From the NCBI GenBank assembly GCA_964016885.1, contig OZ024743.1, positions 298,096,001-298,160,000 on the forward strand: a stretch of DNA of 64,000 nt, read 5' to 3'. A model generated the notes under the pieces. The model was not told where the DNA came from. It made no database searches and worked only from the letters and a program-made list of their open reading frames with translations. Numbering within the stretch: position 1 is the first letter of the stretch; every line of letters starts with the position of its first letter. Source of the DNA: Eledone cirrhosa. Taxonomy: Eukaryota. This document shows, one piece after another, positions 36,992 to 49,351 of the stretch. A program made the position numbers and the translations under genes.

Positions 36992-37389
36992 GTAAGTATC
37001 AAACTGTTAGACCAGTCATTGCTCAAGTTATTTAACCCTTTTAATACCATGAAACAGACTGCTTATCACCAACTATAATAATAGTGAATGTGTGAATATC
37101 TATTTATTTATATATTTGTCCGTGCTTTCTAGCATAGTTACATCCCTTTACAGTCTGAGCTCAAATCCCGCCGAGGTTAACTTTGACTTTCATCCTTACG
37201 GGGTCAATAAAATAAAGTACCAGTAAAGGACTGGGTAATTGCTGGCCTTGTGCCTAAAGTAGAAACAATTATTGTGTGAGTGTATATATGTGTGAGTATA
37301 TGAGTGTTTGTGTGAATATATTAATACTTGTGTGAGTGTATGCATATCTATATTTATGTACTCATGTATATAAATGTATAGTGTCTTGC

Positions 37390-37587
37390 TGTGTTGTTTC
37401 CTTGAGCAAGACACTTTATTTCACACTTTATTTCACTTTATGAGCACCCAGCACTCACTGTAAATGAGGTTGGTGTTAGGAAGGGCATCCAGCTGTAGAA
37501 ATCAAGCCAGAATCAGTTCCCGTCCCACCCTTGCAAGCAGGGAAAAGCGGACATAAAATGATGATGATGATGATGATGATGATGATG
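37390..37587 (+). mobile_element. Partial SINE with RTE-A 3' tail
   Basis: CCTTGAGCAAGACACTT core + tail nearly identical to 46995-47129. Confidence 0.8.
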
Positions 37588-39604
37588 TGCACCAAGATAT
37601 TATCTTGGTTATCTATGTTAGTTGCAGATAGTTTTTTCACAAAAACTTTTATAATAAAAGAATTATTAAACTAAAAACTTAGTTTTGTACCCTTTTTATA
37701 TATAAAATACTACAATTAGCTGCAATTTTTGATGGTATGGGGCTAGCTAGTTTTCAAATAATTTTGAAAATAATCAAGAATTTGAAGGTATTTACTAATA
37801 TAACTTTTTCATCATCAAGTTGGTGTTTGAAGCACAGTTTAAAGGTTCTTACATACAATTATGATAAAAGATTTTTAGATAAATATGGACACATTAAAAT
37901 AAATATATTCGTTTCACTGGACCAGGATTGGTTTTAGGCAGTTTGGTTTCAAAAGAGTTCAATGCTGGCTGAAAACTTATATTTTTAACATGTGCCACAC
38001 AATGTAGAGACAGGATAATATGCATACCATCAAACTAAAAAAAAAGTACTGGGGTTGATATGATTAATTAAATCCCTTCACGACAGTGCCCCAGCATGGC
38101 TGCAGTCTAATGATTGAAACCAGTTTAAAAATAAAAGAATAACAAATTAGTATATATGACATTGAAGTCTTAACTGATAGTTCTTGCATATAAATCCAGT
38201 GTAGATGTTTATTTGTGTACTTGAGAAGTACACTTTGTCCTGTAGTCTTCAGTTCATTTAACTGCTAGCAATATATACAAGATCTAAAAGAAATGTTGCT
38301 GCATTCTTTTCAGGGAAGAATTTGTATTTCTGTACTTTGGGTGGATCATACTGCTTATTTATTTTTCAGATTTTTTCCAAACTTCCCCGCTTATTAAATT
38401 TTGCTAATCTATCACTGGTGAAATTTTATTTTAAGTGATTCATATTGATACAGCAGCTGGAGAATCTAATAATAATTTTATTTTACATTAAAAAAACATT
38501 ACATATGACAAAAATAGAACATCAAGAAATCCCATATTTACGAATGTACACTATACAATTACTGATTTCCTAACCCCGCCTGTTTATTCATCCCCCCATT
38601 ATTTAGGACTTGAGAGTCCTAAATATGTTGCCTGACACTCTACCGCTACTGCCAATCCACCGCCCTTGGTATTAATAGTAATAGCAAAGGACATACTGGA
38701 AATGAACTAGTGTGGTAGAAGTATTTCTTGTTTAGTCCTAGTTAGCTCTGATCTTATAGACATTTGATGAAAAGCGTTCCAGTCATGGCCATCCCCTCTC
38801 CAGGTCTGAACACAGCAAATTTCTTCCAGGGAAGGATAGAGGGGGATATATAGATAGAGAGAAAGAGATAGAGAGGATGTGAGAAAGAGATATTGAGGGA
38901 GTGAGAAAGAGATAGAGAGGAAGAATCGACCCCAGTACTGGATTGGTGCATTTTTTATTGACCTTGACAGGATCAAAGGTAAAGTTTGATTTTAAAGTGG
39001 GATTTGAACTTAGAGAGCAGAGAGTCAAAATAAATACTGCAAAGCATTCTATCCGATGTTCTAACAACAATTTGCACCCTTCTGATCAAGTATACCTATG
39101 ATCAAAAGACATTCCAGATAGAACTACTCCAACTTTTTTTCTTGTTTTTCAGACACAGTGTATCTGGAACAACAATATCCATTGTGTTCTCCCCTTTTTT
39201 CATGACAACAAAGTACAGGGTGTGATTTGAGGAAGATTTAGCTGCTATTTCTAGCTTGTTGAGTGACCTTTAAGTAGGCATCACAAGTGGTATATGAAGG
39301 TTGTAATGTGAACATTAGCTCTAAAATCAACAAGTCTTTTTCCTGCATATAATACTGAATTGCAGTGCTCCTGTGGTCAAAGAGAAAGCAATAGGGAAGT
39401 CCCATCACTATTACTTCCCTAAATATTTGATTGAATTGATGTTTTACTAATTATCACCACCATAACAACACCAATTACTACCACCACCATCATACCACCA
39501 CCAAAGGTGTTTGTTTACCTTTTTCACTCCATTTGGTTGTGGTTCATTACTTGGTAGCAAAAACCTATTTTGAAATTCTTGTTATTGCTTATATTATCTT
39601 GCAG

Positions 39605-39753
39605 AAATTTGGGCTACCCGACAAGAAAAACAAAACTTTATGCAGAAACATGATGTTGAACTGATCAAAGAGGAGAAACGAATAGAAGTGGAGGCTGAGA
39701 TTAGGGTCCAAGTTGATGAACTGATGCGCGAAGAACTAAAGAATTTGAAACAA
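39605..39753 (+). CDS. IQCA1: IQCA1/DRC11 exon 11
   Basis: ttgcag|[27 protein letters not shown]...[18 protein letters not shown]|gtaagt. Confidence 0.95.
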
Positions 39754-39891
39754 GTAAGTGAATGATTATTTCCTTGGAATAACATGGTTTATTGTGAGTT
39801 TTATTGATGGGGTATCAGGGAAGTTTACAACCATTTTATATAGAGTGTTACTTTGAATTGCTCTTTTCATCATCATCATTATTAGAAAAGA

Positions 39892-41098
39892 CTAGCAGTG
39901 TATCCTGGCGTTGCACAGGTAAGAACATTGGTAATAGCACCTCCAATGAGAAACGTTTATTTGTGAGTGCCTGTTAAAAACTCACGAAAATATACCGACA
40001 GGAAACTTGTTTTATTTGGATAAAATTAAGAAGTTGAAAGTACAGTTTAGCTGTCTACGTGCATTGTTCATAGAAATATTGTTGAGCCCTTCTTTTCATA
40101 CTCCTCTGTTTTGGTCTATACCCATGCAAGTGTGGAAGATGGACGTTAAACGATGATGATAATGATGATGATGGAGTAAATGTGAAAGAGAAAGTCACAG
40201 GTTAAATTGGCAGAAGGTTCCAGTGCAACAGCAGTAAGGCGTAGGCTACTTACCTTAAAAGTTCATTCACACTCTTTCCACTAAGTTACTCTTTCTCTCT
40301 ATCCCTCTCGGTGCAGTCCCTTGTGAATTTCTTGCGTAGGCTTGGAGTAGATTTGCACCCGATCCATCTGCCCGATACACATGTCCGCTTTGTACGGTTT
40401 TTGAAGGAAGGAGTAACCAGCAGCACATTGTTCGGTATTATTACGAAAAGGTGTCGCAGAGAATAACAGCTTGGGAGGAAACTACTTATCTCGAAGATTC
40501 ATTCACCATCGTTCTTGTCAACGCTCCGTTTAGTTGGAATTTGTTGGTCTACAGTTAGATGAATAGTGCACAAAGGGTTAATGTTTATTGGCAAGAAGTG
40601 GCAACTGGGCTGGCTTGCCTCACTTATATTATATATTAAAATAACAGATTAAAGTTTAAGCAAATAATCGGTGCTTTCACCCTTAACGGATCTTCTGAAA
40701 CTAAAAAAATCAATCTGTGAACGCAGATATAATATTTCGAAAAATGTTGCAACCGAGGGAAAACAGGAAGACGATACTTTGGTTTGGGAAGACGTTCCCT
40801 GGCAATGAATGGAAAATAGCCAACATAATACGCCATCAATGTTTGTCATAATGTCGAAATGCAGACAGCCAGGCATACAGACAGATATTATAAGGGCGCA
40901 ACGGAGATCGATAACTGGCGCCTAACACTTCTTTAACAACAGAAAATTGAAAAATAAAAGCTGCAGTTAATATCTTTAGAGAGCAAGGAATATATAAATG
41001 CAAGTTTGAAGTCAATCGGAGTAGAAATGTGGATTTGTATAGACTTTGCAAAAATGAGGACACACACAGACAACTACAGTTTTATATATATGTATAGA
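39892..41098 (-). mobile_element. Non-autonomous Helitron
   Basis: Minus strand a|TCTATAC... 5' end and hairpin + CTAG|t 3' end; contains an RTE-type tail at ~40120-40172. Confidence 0.7.
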
Positions 41099-41437
41099 TT
41101 GCAGCTGGACCAGTAGAAATCCTACTACATTTCATCTTTTTTTCACATATTACTAGATACCGTGATAAGTGTGTGTGTGGAGGCGCGAATGGAGTTTTAA
41201 AACAAAAACCATTCTCTAAACAACACTTAAAACATTTTAAATATCAAACAAAATATTAAAACTTCATAAATATATTCTCCACTCATGAAAATTTCAAAAC
41301 TGCACCATCTAAATATGTGTTGATTAGCTGGCATGGCTTATAAATGGGTTTGGATTTTTACCCATTTCTCAGACATTAAATAGAAGGTTGGTTTGTATTC
41401 GGATTGATTTATTTATATTCACATATATATGGTATAT

Positions 41438-43141
41438 ATCATCATCATCATCATCATCGTTGAACGTCCATCTTCCACGCTTGGATGGGTTTGGACGGGA
41501 ATTTTCCCACTTGAGGCAAGATTGGTTGTCTTGCTCGTATAGGACTGTCTGGCGGGTTTTCTACGACTGGATGCCCTTCCTAACACCAACCACGTTTACA
41601 GTGTGGACTGGGAGGTTTTTACCGTGTTACCTACACGGCCACATTACAGCGTGGACTGTGTTTTTTTGTCGTGACACCTACACGACCTCATTTATTTCGG
41701 ACTGGATGTTGTGGTACCAACATAACTTTACATTGAAAGGGGTGGTGTGGATGGGGTTGGGGGGTAGTAGGACGGGGGTGTATTTTTGTTAGAGGTGCCT
41801 ACTGACTGTAGGTTTCGCTTTGTACTTAGGCAAGGCGGGTCTTCTGTGTTACTGTGTAGCGCCAAAGATCTCGGTCCAGTGACATTGTCTTGGAGAGGTG
41901 TAAGTGTGTGAGGTCAAAATTTATCAAGTCGTCCCAGGTTTTTCTGGGTCTGCCTACTTCGTGGCTACCGTCTATTTTTATCGCCCTGCACTTTTTTATA
42001 CAGCTGTCGTCTTTCATGCGCATCACGTGACCGTACCAACGTAGTCTTCTCTTGAGTAAACAACATCTGATCCCTCTTATTTCTAATTTATCCCTTAGTT
42101 TGTTTATGCTTTGCCATTCACGTATATTACTATTACACATCCAGTGGAGCATGCAAGCTTCGTTCCTCTCCAGTCTGCGTATATCCTCTGCACACAATGC
42201 CCAAGTCTCACTGCCATGTAACATTGTTGTTCGTATGCAGGCATCATACAGCCTGCCTTTCATTTTTAGAGAGAACCCTTTAACGGCCAATAGTGGTATA
42301 AGCTCTCTGAACTTTTTCCATCCCGTTCTGACTCTAACTACTGTACTTTCAGAGCACCCTCCCCACTGCTGATTTTGTCACCCAGGTAACAGAAGGTGTC
42401 CACTATTTCTATAGAACCATCTGTGCAATGGAATGAGCTAGTATTCTATGCGCACTTGCTGCTACTTATTGCACCTGAGCACCGGCCACATATAAAATCT
42501 ATATTCTTAGTTAGCTTACCTGTGATCCCACTACATCTTTTATGCACCCATACTTTGCATTTGGGACATAAAATGGAGTTTCTGCCTACTCCTTTCCTAC
42601 ACACTGAGCATGGCCATTTCCCAGATGGGACCAGTGCCCTATTTTCCTTCCTACAAACTAGAACTTTAGTCTTAGACAGGTTAATTTTAAGACCTTTTGA
42701 TTCTAGGCCATGTTTCCATGTTTGGAATTTCTTCTCTAGTTCGGCCATTGATTCAGCTATGAGCGTTAGATCATCTGCGTATAGGAGTTCCCATGGGCAG
42801 CCGGTCTTGAACTCCTCTGTTATAGCCTGAAGGGCAATAATAAATAGTAGGGGGCTGAGAACAGAGCCCTGATGAACACCAACTTTTACGCTAAACTCTT
42901 CACTATATTTGTTTCTTTATACATGACTTGTATAGCTCTCACAAGCCATTCATCAACACCTAGTTTTCTAAGAGCCCACCAGATAATGGAGCGGGGGACT
43001 CTGTCAAAGGCTTTCTCCAAGTCAACAAAAGCTAAGTATAGGGGTTTACTTTTAGCTAGGTATTTCTCCTGTAATTGTCGTACAATGAAAAGAGCGTCTG
43101 TGGTACTTTTACCTGACACAAACCCGAACTGCATTTCATCT
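41438..43141 (-). mobile_element. 5'-truncated RTE subfamily B, frameshifted
   Basis: DEMQFGF...DLEKAFD...YADD...PHD...EKTRL; (TA)-rich flanks. Confidence 0.96.
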
Positions 43142-43436
43142 ATATATATATATATATATGGTATATATATATATGGTATATATATATATATATCTATGGT
43201 ATATATATAAATATATATATATATGTATATAAATGGAAAAAATGAAATTTCATTTCTCACTCTTAGTACGGCTGATACTTAAATGTAAGTATGTATACAT
43301 ACATACATATATGTATACAGACGTACAGTAGTATATATATACATACATACATGCACACATATATATATGTACGTATGGGTTTACCGAACACTTATTATAA
43401 TGTTCGGTTTGTTTGTAAACAAACAGCCCAAATTAA

Positions 43437-43644
43437 GCCGTACAGTGTTTGGCAACCATCGTTGCCCATTTGTTCAACACTGACAAAGGAACGATGAACT
43501 AGTTTCTAGCTTATTAGCTGTCATCAGCACCGTATACCTTCCTGTCAGTCTATTGAACGTTTGAAAGTATATACTTTCCTTATGCATATTAACTTTGTCA
43601 GTGTTGAACAAAAGGGCAACTATGGTTGCCGAACACTGTACGGC
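43437..43644. mobile_element. MITE-like element with ~52-bp TIRs
   Basis: GCCGTACAGTGTTTGGCAACCATCGTTGCCCATTTGTTCAACACTGACAAAG and its reverse complement (3 mismatches). Confidence 0.8.
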
Positions 43645-43815
43645 ACAGCAGCCACTACAGAATAAGACATCATCTCCATAGTGGCTGCTGATCACTTTCT
43701 TCCCTTTATAGAGGTATTTTACCTGTCAGGACAGTGAATAGGTAAATTCTTCTTTATCCTGTTTACTTTTCCTAATATAATCCCCCCCTCCTCTCTCTCT
43801 CTCTCTCATATATAT

Positions 43816-45284
43816 ATCATCATCATCATCATCATCAACGTTTAACGTCCGTGTTCCACGCTTGCATGGGTTTGGATGGGGGTATTCCCACTTGAGGCAA
43901 GAGTGATTGTCTTGCTCGCATAGGACTGTCTGGCAGGTTTTCTACAGTTGGATGCCCTTCCTAACACCAACCACATTTACAGTGTGGGTCTGGGAGGTTT
44001 TTACCGTGTTGCCTACACGGCCACATTACAGCGTGGACTGTGTGTTTTTTTGTCGTGACACCTACACGATCTCATTTGTTTCGGCCTGGATGGCGCGGCA
44101 CCAACATAACTTTACATAGAACGGGGTGGTGTGGATGGGGTGGGAGTGGTGGGACGGGGTGTATTTTGTTAGAGATGCCTACTGGCTGTAGTAGGTTTTA
44201 CTATGTATTTAGGTAAGGCGGGTCTTCTCTGTTACTGAGTACCGCCAAAGGTCTCGGTCCAGTGACATTGTCTTGGAGAGGTGTAAGTGTGTGAGGTCGG
44301 AGTTTATCAGCTCGTCCCAGGTTTTTCTAGGTCTGCCTATTCTGTGGCTACCGTCTATCTTTATTGCCCTGCACTTTGTTATACAGCTATCGACTTTCAT
44401 GCGCATCACGTGTCCATACCAACGTAGCCTTCTCTCGAGTAAACAACATCTGATCCCTCTTATTTCTAATTTTTTCCTTAGTTCGTTTATGCTTTGCCGT
44501 TCAAGTATATTACTGTTACACATCCAGCGGAGCATGCAAGCTTCGTTCCTCTCTAGTCTGCATATATCCTCTGCACACAATGCCCAGGTCTCACTGCTAT
44601 GCAACATTGCTGTTCGTATGCAGGCATCATACAACCTGCCTTTCATTTTTAGGGAGAACCCTTTAGCAGCTAATAGTGGTATAAGCTCTCTGAACTTTTT
44701 CCAACCAGTACTGACTCTAGCTACTGTACTTTCAGAGCACCCTCCTCCACTACTGATTTTGTCACCCAGGTAACGGAAGCTGTCCACTATTTCTATAGAA
44801 CCCTCTGCGCAATTGAAAGAGCTAGTATTTTGTGGGCACTTGCTGCTACTTATTGCACCAGAGCACCGGCCACATGTAAAATCTATGTTCTTAGTTAGCT
44901 TACCTGTGATCCCACTACATCTTTTATGCACCCATACTTTGCATTTGGGACATAAAATGGAGTTTCTACCTACGCCTTTTCTACACACTGAGCATGACCA
45001 TTTCCCAGAAGGGACCGCCGCCTTATTTTCTTTCCTACAAACTAGAACTTTAGTCTTAGCCAGGTTAATTTTAAGTCCTTTTGATTCTAGGCCGTGCTTC
45101 CATGTTTGGAATTTCTTCTCTAGCTCGGTCATTGATTCAGCTATGAGTGTCAGGTCGTCTGCGTATAGGAGTTCCCATGGGCAGCCGGTCTTGAACTCCT
45201 CTGTTATAGCCTGAAGGGCAATAATAAATAGTAGGGGGCTGAGAACAGAGCCCTGATGGACGCCAACTTTTACGCTAAACTCTT

Positions 45285-45291
<7 letters not shown>
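43816..45291 (-). mobile_element. Young 5'-truncated RTE subfamily B
   Basis: Open frame YSEEFSVKVGVHQG...YADD...PHD...EKTRLT*; the N-terminus of the 449-aa ORF is just microsatellite. Confidence 0.96.
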
Positions 45292-45328
<37 letters not shown>

Positions 45329-45590
45329 GGGCTGGAGAATGTATCTGTGGGCGACTGTGTGTGTGTGTGTATATATATATATGTGCGTGTGTGTGTGTGT
45401 GTATATATGGATGTATGCAAGTGCGTGTATTTGTATGTGTGTATGTGCGTATACGTATGTGTGTGTATGTATATATACATATGTGTGTGTGTGTGTATAT
45501 ATATATTTATACATATACGTGCGTGTATGGGTGTGTGTGTATGTATGTATGCATACATATGTGTGTGTTTGTGTGTGTGTCTGTGTATGA
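45292..45590. repeat. Compound (TA)/(TG) microsatellite
   Basis: Direct reading. Confidence 0.95.
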
Positions 45591-46066
45591 GTAGACTTGG
45601 GTAGTGGTAGATATTTTTATGCGTCTACGCCCACACAGTAGTAATTTGCTGACCAAGTTCTGGTGATGGACAGGCCACGCGTGAATAACTGCAGGCAGTG
45701 GACGTATTTGACTGGTCAAGGAAGGAGGTGACACCTCAAATTCTAAACTAATCAATAGGCTGCATCAACAGGATGATGTCAATTGCTGAGGATGAGACGG
45801 ATTGAATATTGCCAGTTGGAAGAAATTCCTTGAAAATGATAAACATATCTGAGGACCTTGTGAATGCAGAGTCAGGTTTGATCTATAATAGATCCTGCCT
45901 TGAGCTGATCATCGGAGAAACATATGTAATATGTTAATAAATTGTATTTTGATGCATCACTGATTCCTCGTTATCTATAATAATATACTCTGCTTCGCAT
46001 GAGCATCGAGTGCTCAAATGGCATACCACCTACCGACACATTTATTGCAACCTTACAACAACTATA

Positions 46067-46135
<69 letters not shown>

Positions 46136-46523
46136 TATGTGATTCAGTGAATTACTGGAGGTAGTACCAACATGAGCACTCAATGCACAGGTAAAGTGTA
46201 TATAATGAGAAAAATGATGAAGTTTTGTTTACATGTATTTATGTTTTTATTGTGTATTCGTGTATTATGCATGTTACAGGTAAACAATAAAAATATAAAT
46301 ACATATAAACGAAACTTCATCATTTTTCTCACTATATCATCATCATCATTTAACATCCATTTTCCACGCTAGCATGTGTAGGATGGGCTATCCCATTGTG
46401 AAAAATCTAGTTCAAAGGACCGTGTTTTGCTCAATATTGTATGTAGTTAGAATTTGGTAGGTAGGAAGGCACATGGCCACTTATTTGTATCTCTAATTAC
46501 CTGTTTCTGTTTGTTACTTGCAG

Positions 46524-46630
46524 GCAGTGGATCGAGAAAAATCCAAAAAGAAAGGGAAATCTGGTAAAAAAAAAAAGGGGAGTGGAAAAAAAGGGAAGAA
46601 AAAGAAAGAAAAAGATTTGACGCCAGATAG
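46524..46630 (+). CDS. IQCA1: IQCA1/DRC11 exon 12 (Lys-rich)
   Basis: ttgcag|AVDREKSKKKGKSGKKKKGSGKKGKKKKEKDLTPD-AG|gtaaga. Confidence 0.92.
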
Positions 46631-46744
46631 GTAAGAATGTTGTCATCTTGACAATATTGCCCTTAGAACCCTTGTGTGTCATGCTGACTTGTGTGAAATT
46701 AATTATAATTAATTTCACACAAATCAGCATGATAATTATCACAT

Positions 46745-47129
46745 GGAGCCACATGGCTTAGTGGTTAGAGCATTGGCCTTGCAATCGAAGGGTTGTGAGT
46801 TCTCACACTGGGTGATGTGTTGTTTCCTTGAGCAAGACACTTTATTTCACATTGCTCCAGTTTACTCAGCTGTAGAAATGAGATGATAGGACTGGGGTCC
46901 CTATCATTCCACTGCAAAGTGGTCGTGGAGGTGCCACGGCAAAAAGGACCCAGCTCACACTGTAAAGTGGACGTGTAGGTGCCACGGAAAAAAGGCACCC
47001 AGCACTCACTGTAAATGAGGTTGGTGTTAGGAAGGGCATCCAGCTGTAGAAATCAAGCCAGAATCAGTTCCCGTCCCACACTTGCAAGCAGGGGAAAAGC
47101 GGGCGTGAAAATGATGATGATGATGATGA
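46745..47129 (+). mobile_element. Full tRNA-headed SINE with RTE-A 3'UTR tail
   Basis: TGGCTTAGTGG A-box, TTGCAA anticodon-like loop, CCTTGAGCAAGACAC core, three CTG(C/T)AAA modules, AGGAAGGGCATCCAGCTGTAGAAA, (GAT)n. Confidence 0.88.
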
Positions 47130-47134
47130 AGTCA

Positions 47135-47465
47135 AGTAACTCAGTGAAGTACTGCTTTCACATCTGAGGTGGTGCTGCTGATGCTCATTCTGGCATCCTA
47201 GACTGCATCCAGAAAAAGCCACTCACCTGCTAATTGACCCACAGATGTGCTGTCTCCTCACTGTACCTCTCCTTTTCCACCTTCTACATCAATCACTATA
47301 CTCAATCTTTCTTGCCTAGAATGTTGGCTCTCTGGAACTCCCTCCCTGCTTATATATTTCCCCCAAAACTGAACCTGAATCAAACATTAATGGCATTGGT
47401 ATTTCTGGTCCCAGAGTTTATGTGAAATTCATGGACACTATTTCTTCCTCCAGACCTATTAAATA
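47135..47465 (+). mobile_element. Old CR1/Jockey-like LINE 3' fragment
   Basis: LDCIQKK...HRCAVSSL...SFLPR...LWNSLPAYIFP. Confidence 0.55.
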
Positions 47466-47595
47466 GGTATATGAAAGCTTATACTATATGTTTATATACA
47501 ATAACCATGTTGGTAGTCTCACTATATAAATAAAAATATTTTCGTAACAAAAATTTATTTTTCTCTATTTCTTTGTGGATAAGAGAATGGTTAAG

Positions 47596-47650
47596 AGAAT
47601 GTCACTGATGAAAGATTAATAAATCTTGAAACAGCGATGTCTGGCATTCT
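47596..47650 (+). ncRNA. Type I hammerhead ribozyme
   Basis: Stem I AGAAUGUCA/UGGCAUUCU; CUGAUGA (47605-11); stem II AAGAUU-AAUA-AAUCUU; GAAA; stem III (A)CA-GCGA-UG(U); GUC site, cleavage after 47641. Confidence 0.85.
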
Positions 47651-47754
47651 TGATTGTACAGACACTCAGTGATGTTTACAGAGAAAAATAGAGAAAAATA
47701 ATTTTTTTCATTATTAAAATATATTATTAATATATATTAATCTTAAATGATGAT

Positions 47755-48525
47755 AATGATAATAATAATGAAATTATTGTGTACAGTGCTCAGGTGCACT
47801 GCAACTCGTCAAAGGTGCATGTATAGTACATAGAATAATATACAAATGTCAGGGAAGTGAATAGTGTATGAGTCATGATATAGATGTGTGCGTGTGTATG
47901 GAGGGAGAATATTAGGTGTAGTGTTGGCGAATCTCAGGAAGCATGGAGGTTTTAAAGGATGCAGTGTCTCGACAGCTAATAACTGATGCTGGTAGTTTGT
48001 TCCATGCTTCAGCAACTCTGAGTGTGAAAAAATGTTTCCGAAGGTCATGGGAGCTGTGCTGTTTTCTGACTTTGTGGGCATGCTCACGCGTGTTAAACAC
48101 ATGGAAATCAAAAAGGTACAGGGTAGTTGTTGGCAAGATGGTTAATAATTTTGTGGGTGTTTACCAAATCAGCTGCCAGATGTCAGAGCTTAAATGTATC
48201 CATGCCCAGGGAAGCAAGGCGTTCAGAGTATGGTAGATGCCTGATGGAGGGTATTCGCTTGGTTGCACGTCTCTGAACAGTTTCCAGGCGGTCAATGTTC
48301 TGAGCAAGATAGGGGATCCAGACTGGTGATGCAAATTCTAAGTGTGGCCACACCATAGTTATATACAGCTTTGAATAGATAGCTGGAGAGCGGCTGACAA
48401 AGGTCTTGCTGAGTGATGCTAAGACACCCTCGGCCTTCTTGACAATTTTAGAGACATGCTTCGTCCAATGCAAATTGCTGCTGACCGTAATGCCCAGGTC
48501 ACGTTCACAAGAAGACTTCTTGATG
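47755..48525 (-). mobile_element. CR1-clade LINE 3' fragment
   Basis: PHLEFASPVWIPY, LETVQRRATK, YSERLASLG, FFTLRVAEAWNKLP; ATT/ATC tail. Confidence 0.92.
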
Positions 48526-48649
48526 TCTTAGTGGTACTGCCAATTAGTCATTAATAATTAGTTATTAATCAGTAGTCATTAGTCATTAGTCAAAACCTAG
48601 CCAAAATGCAGTCCCACTATGAGCAGTGTATGGCTTCATTACAGGATCA

Positions 48650-49255
48650 TGCAGTTCCACACTGTAAACATGATTGGTGTTTGGAATAGCATTTAACCAC
48701 TGCAAAAAGCCAGCCAACTGGTCAGACATTCCGCATAATGAGACCATCCTGCTCCCAAAATACGGTTCTGTTATGAGCAAAGTATTGCGTGGTCAACTGG
48801 CCAGACCTGTCCCATAATGGTACCACCCAATTTCACATGATAAACATGGTTGCTGTTAGGATAGGCTTCCAGCAGCTGTAAAAACCCTGTCAAAATGCAA
48901 TCCCATTCTGAACAAGTCCTGCTATGAGCAAGGTACGGCATGACCAACTGGCTAGACCTCCCTCATAAGAGATCACCCAACTCCCAAAATACGGTTCTGC
49001 TATGAGCAGGGTATGGCGCGGCTGACTAGCCGAACTCTCTTTATAATAGGACTACCCAGTTCCGCATCGTAAACATGGTTTGTGTTAGGAAGGGCATCCT
49101 ACTGTAAAAACCCAGCCAAAATAGAGTTCTGTTTGAGCAAGGTACACATGGCCTACTGGCCAGACTTGTCTCATAATGGGGATGACCTGTCTAATCCATG
49201 CAAGCGTGGAAAAAATTGATATTAAGTGGTGATGATCATGATGATCATGAAGATG
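48650..49255 (+). mobile_element. RTE-tail element with internal tandem units
   Basis: Repeated (G)TTCTG.TATGAGCAAG..A..CTGGCCAGAC and TAAACATG.TTG..GTTAGGA blocks; ends CCATGCAAGCGTGGAAAA + GAT repeats. Confidence 0.7.
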
Positions 49256-49270
49256 TTATATAGCCACATA

Positions 49271-49320
49271 CCATATATACTCGAATATAAGTTGATCCGA
49301 ATGTAAGCTGACCCCCCCCC

Positions 49321-49351
<31 letters not shown>

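Noticed and set aside
46745-46820. tRNA gene
   Set aside because: No intact cloverleaf or T-arm; it continues into SINE core and LINE tail. The same applies to the other A/B-box hits
49312-49337. Poly-C run as a functional G-quadruplex
   Set aside because: A homopolymer inside a degenerate MITE, absent from the paralog at 54698; its length may be a sequencing artefact
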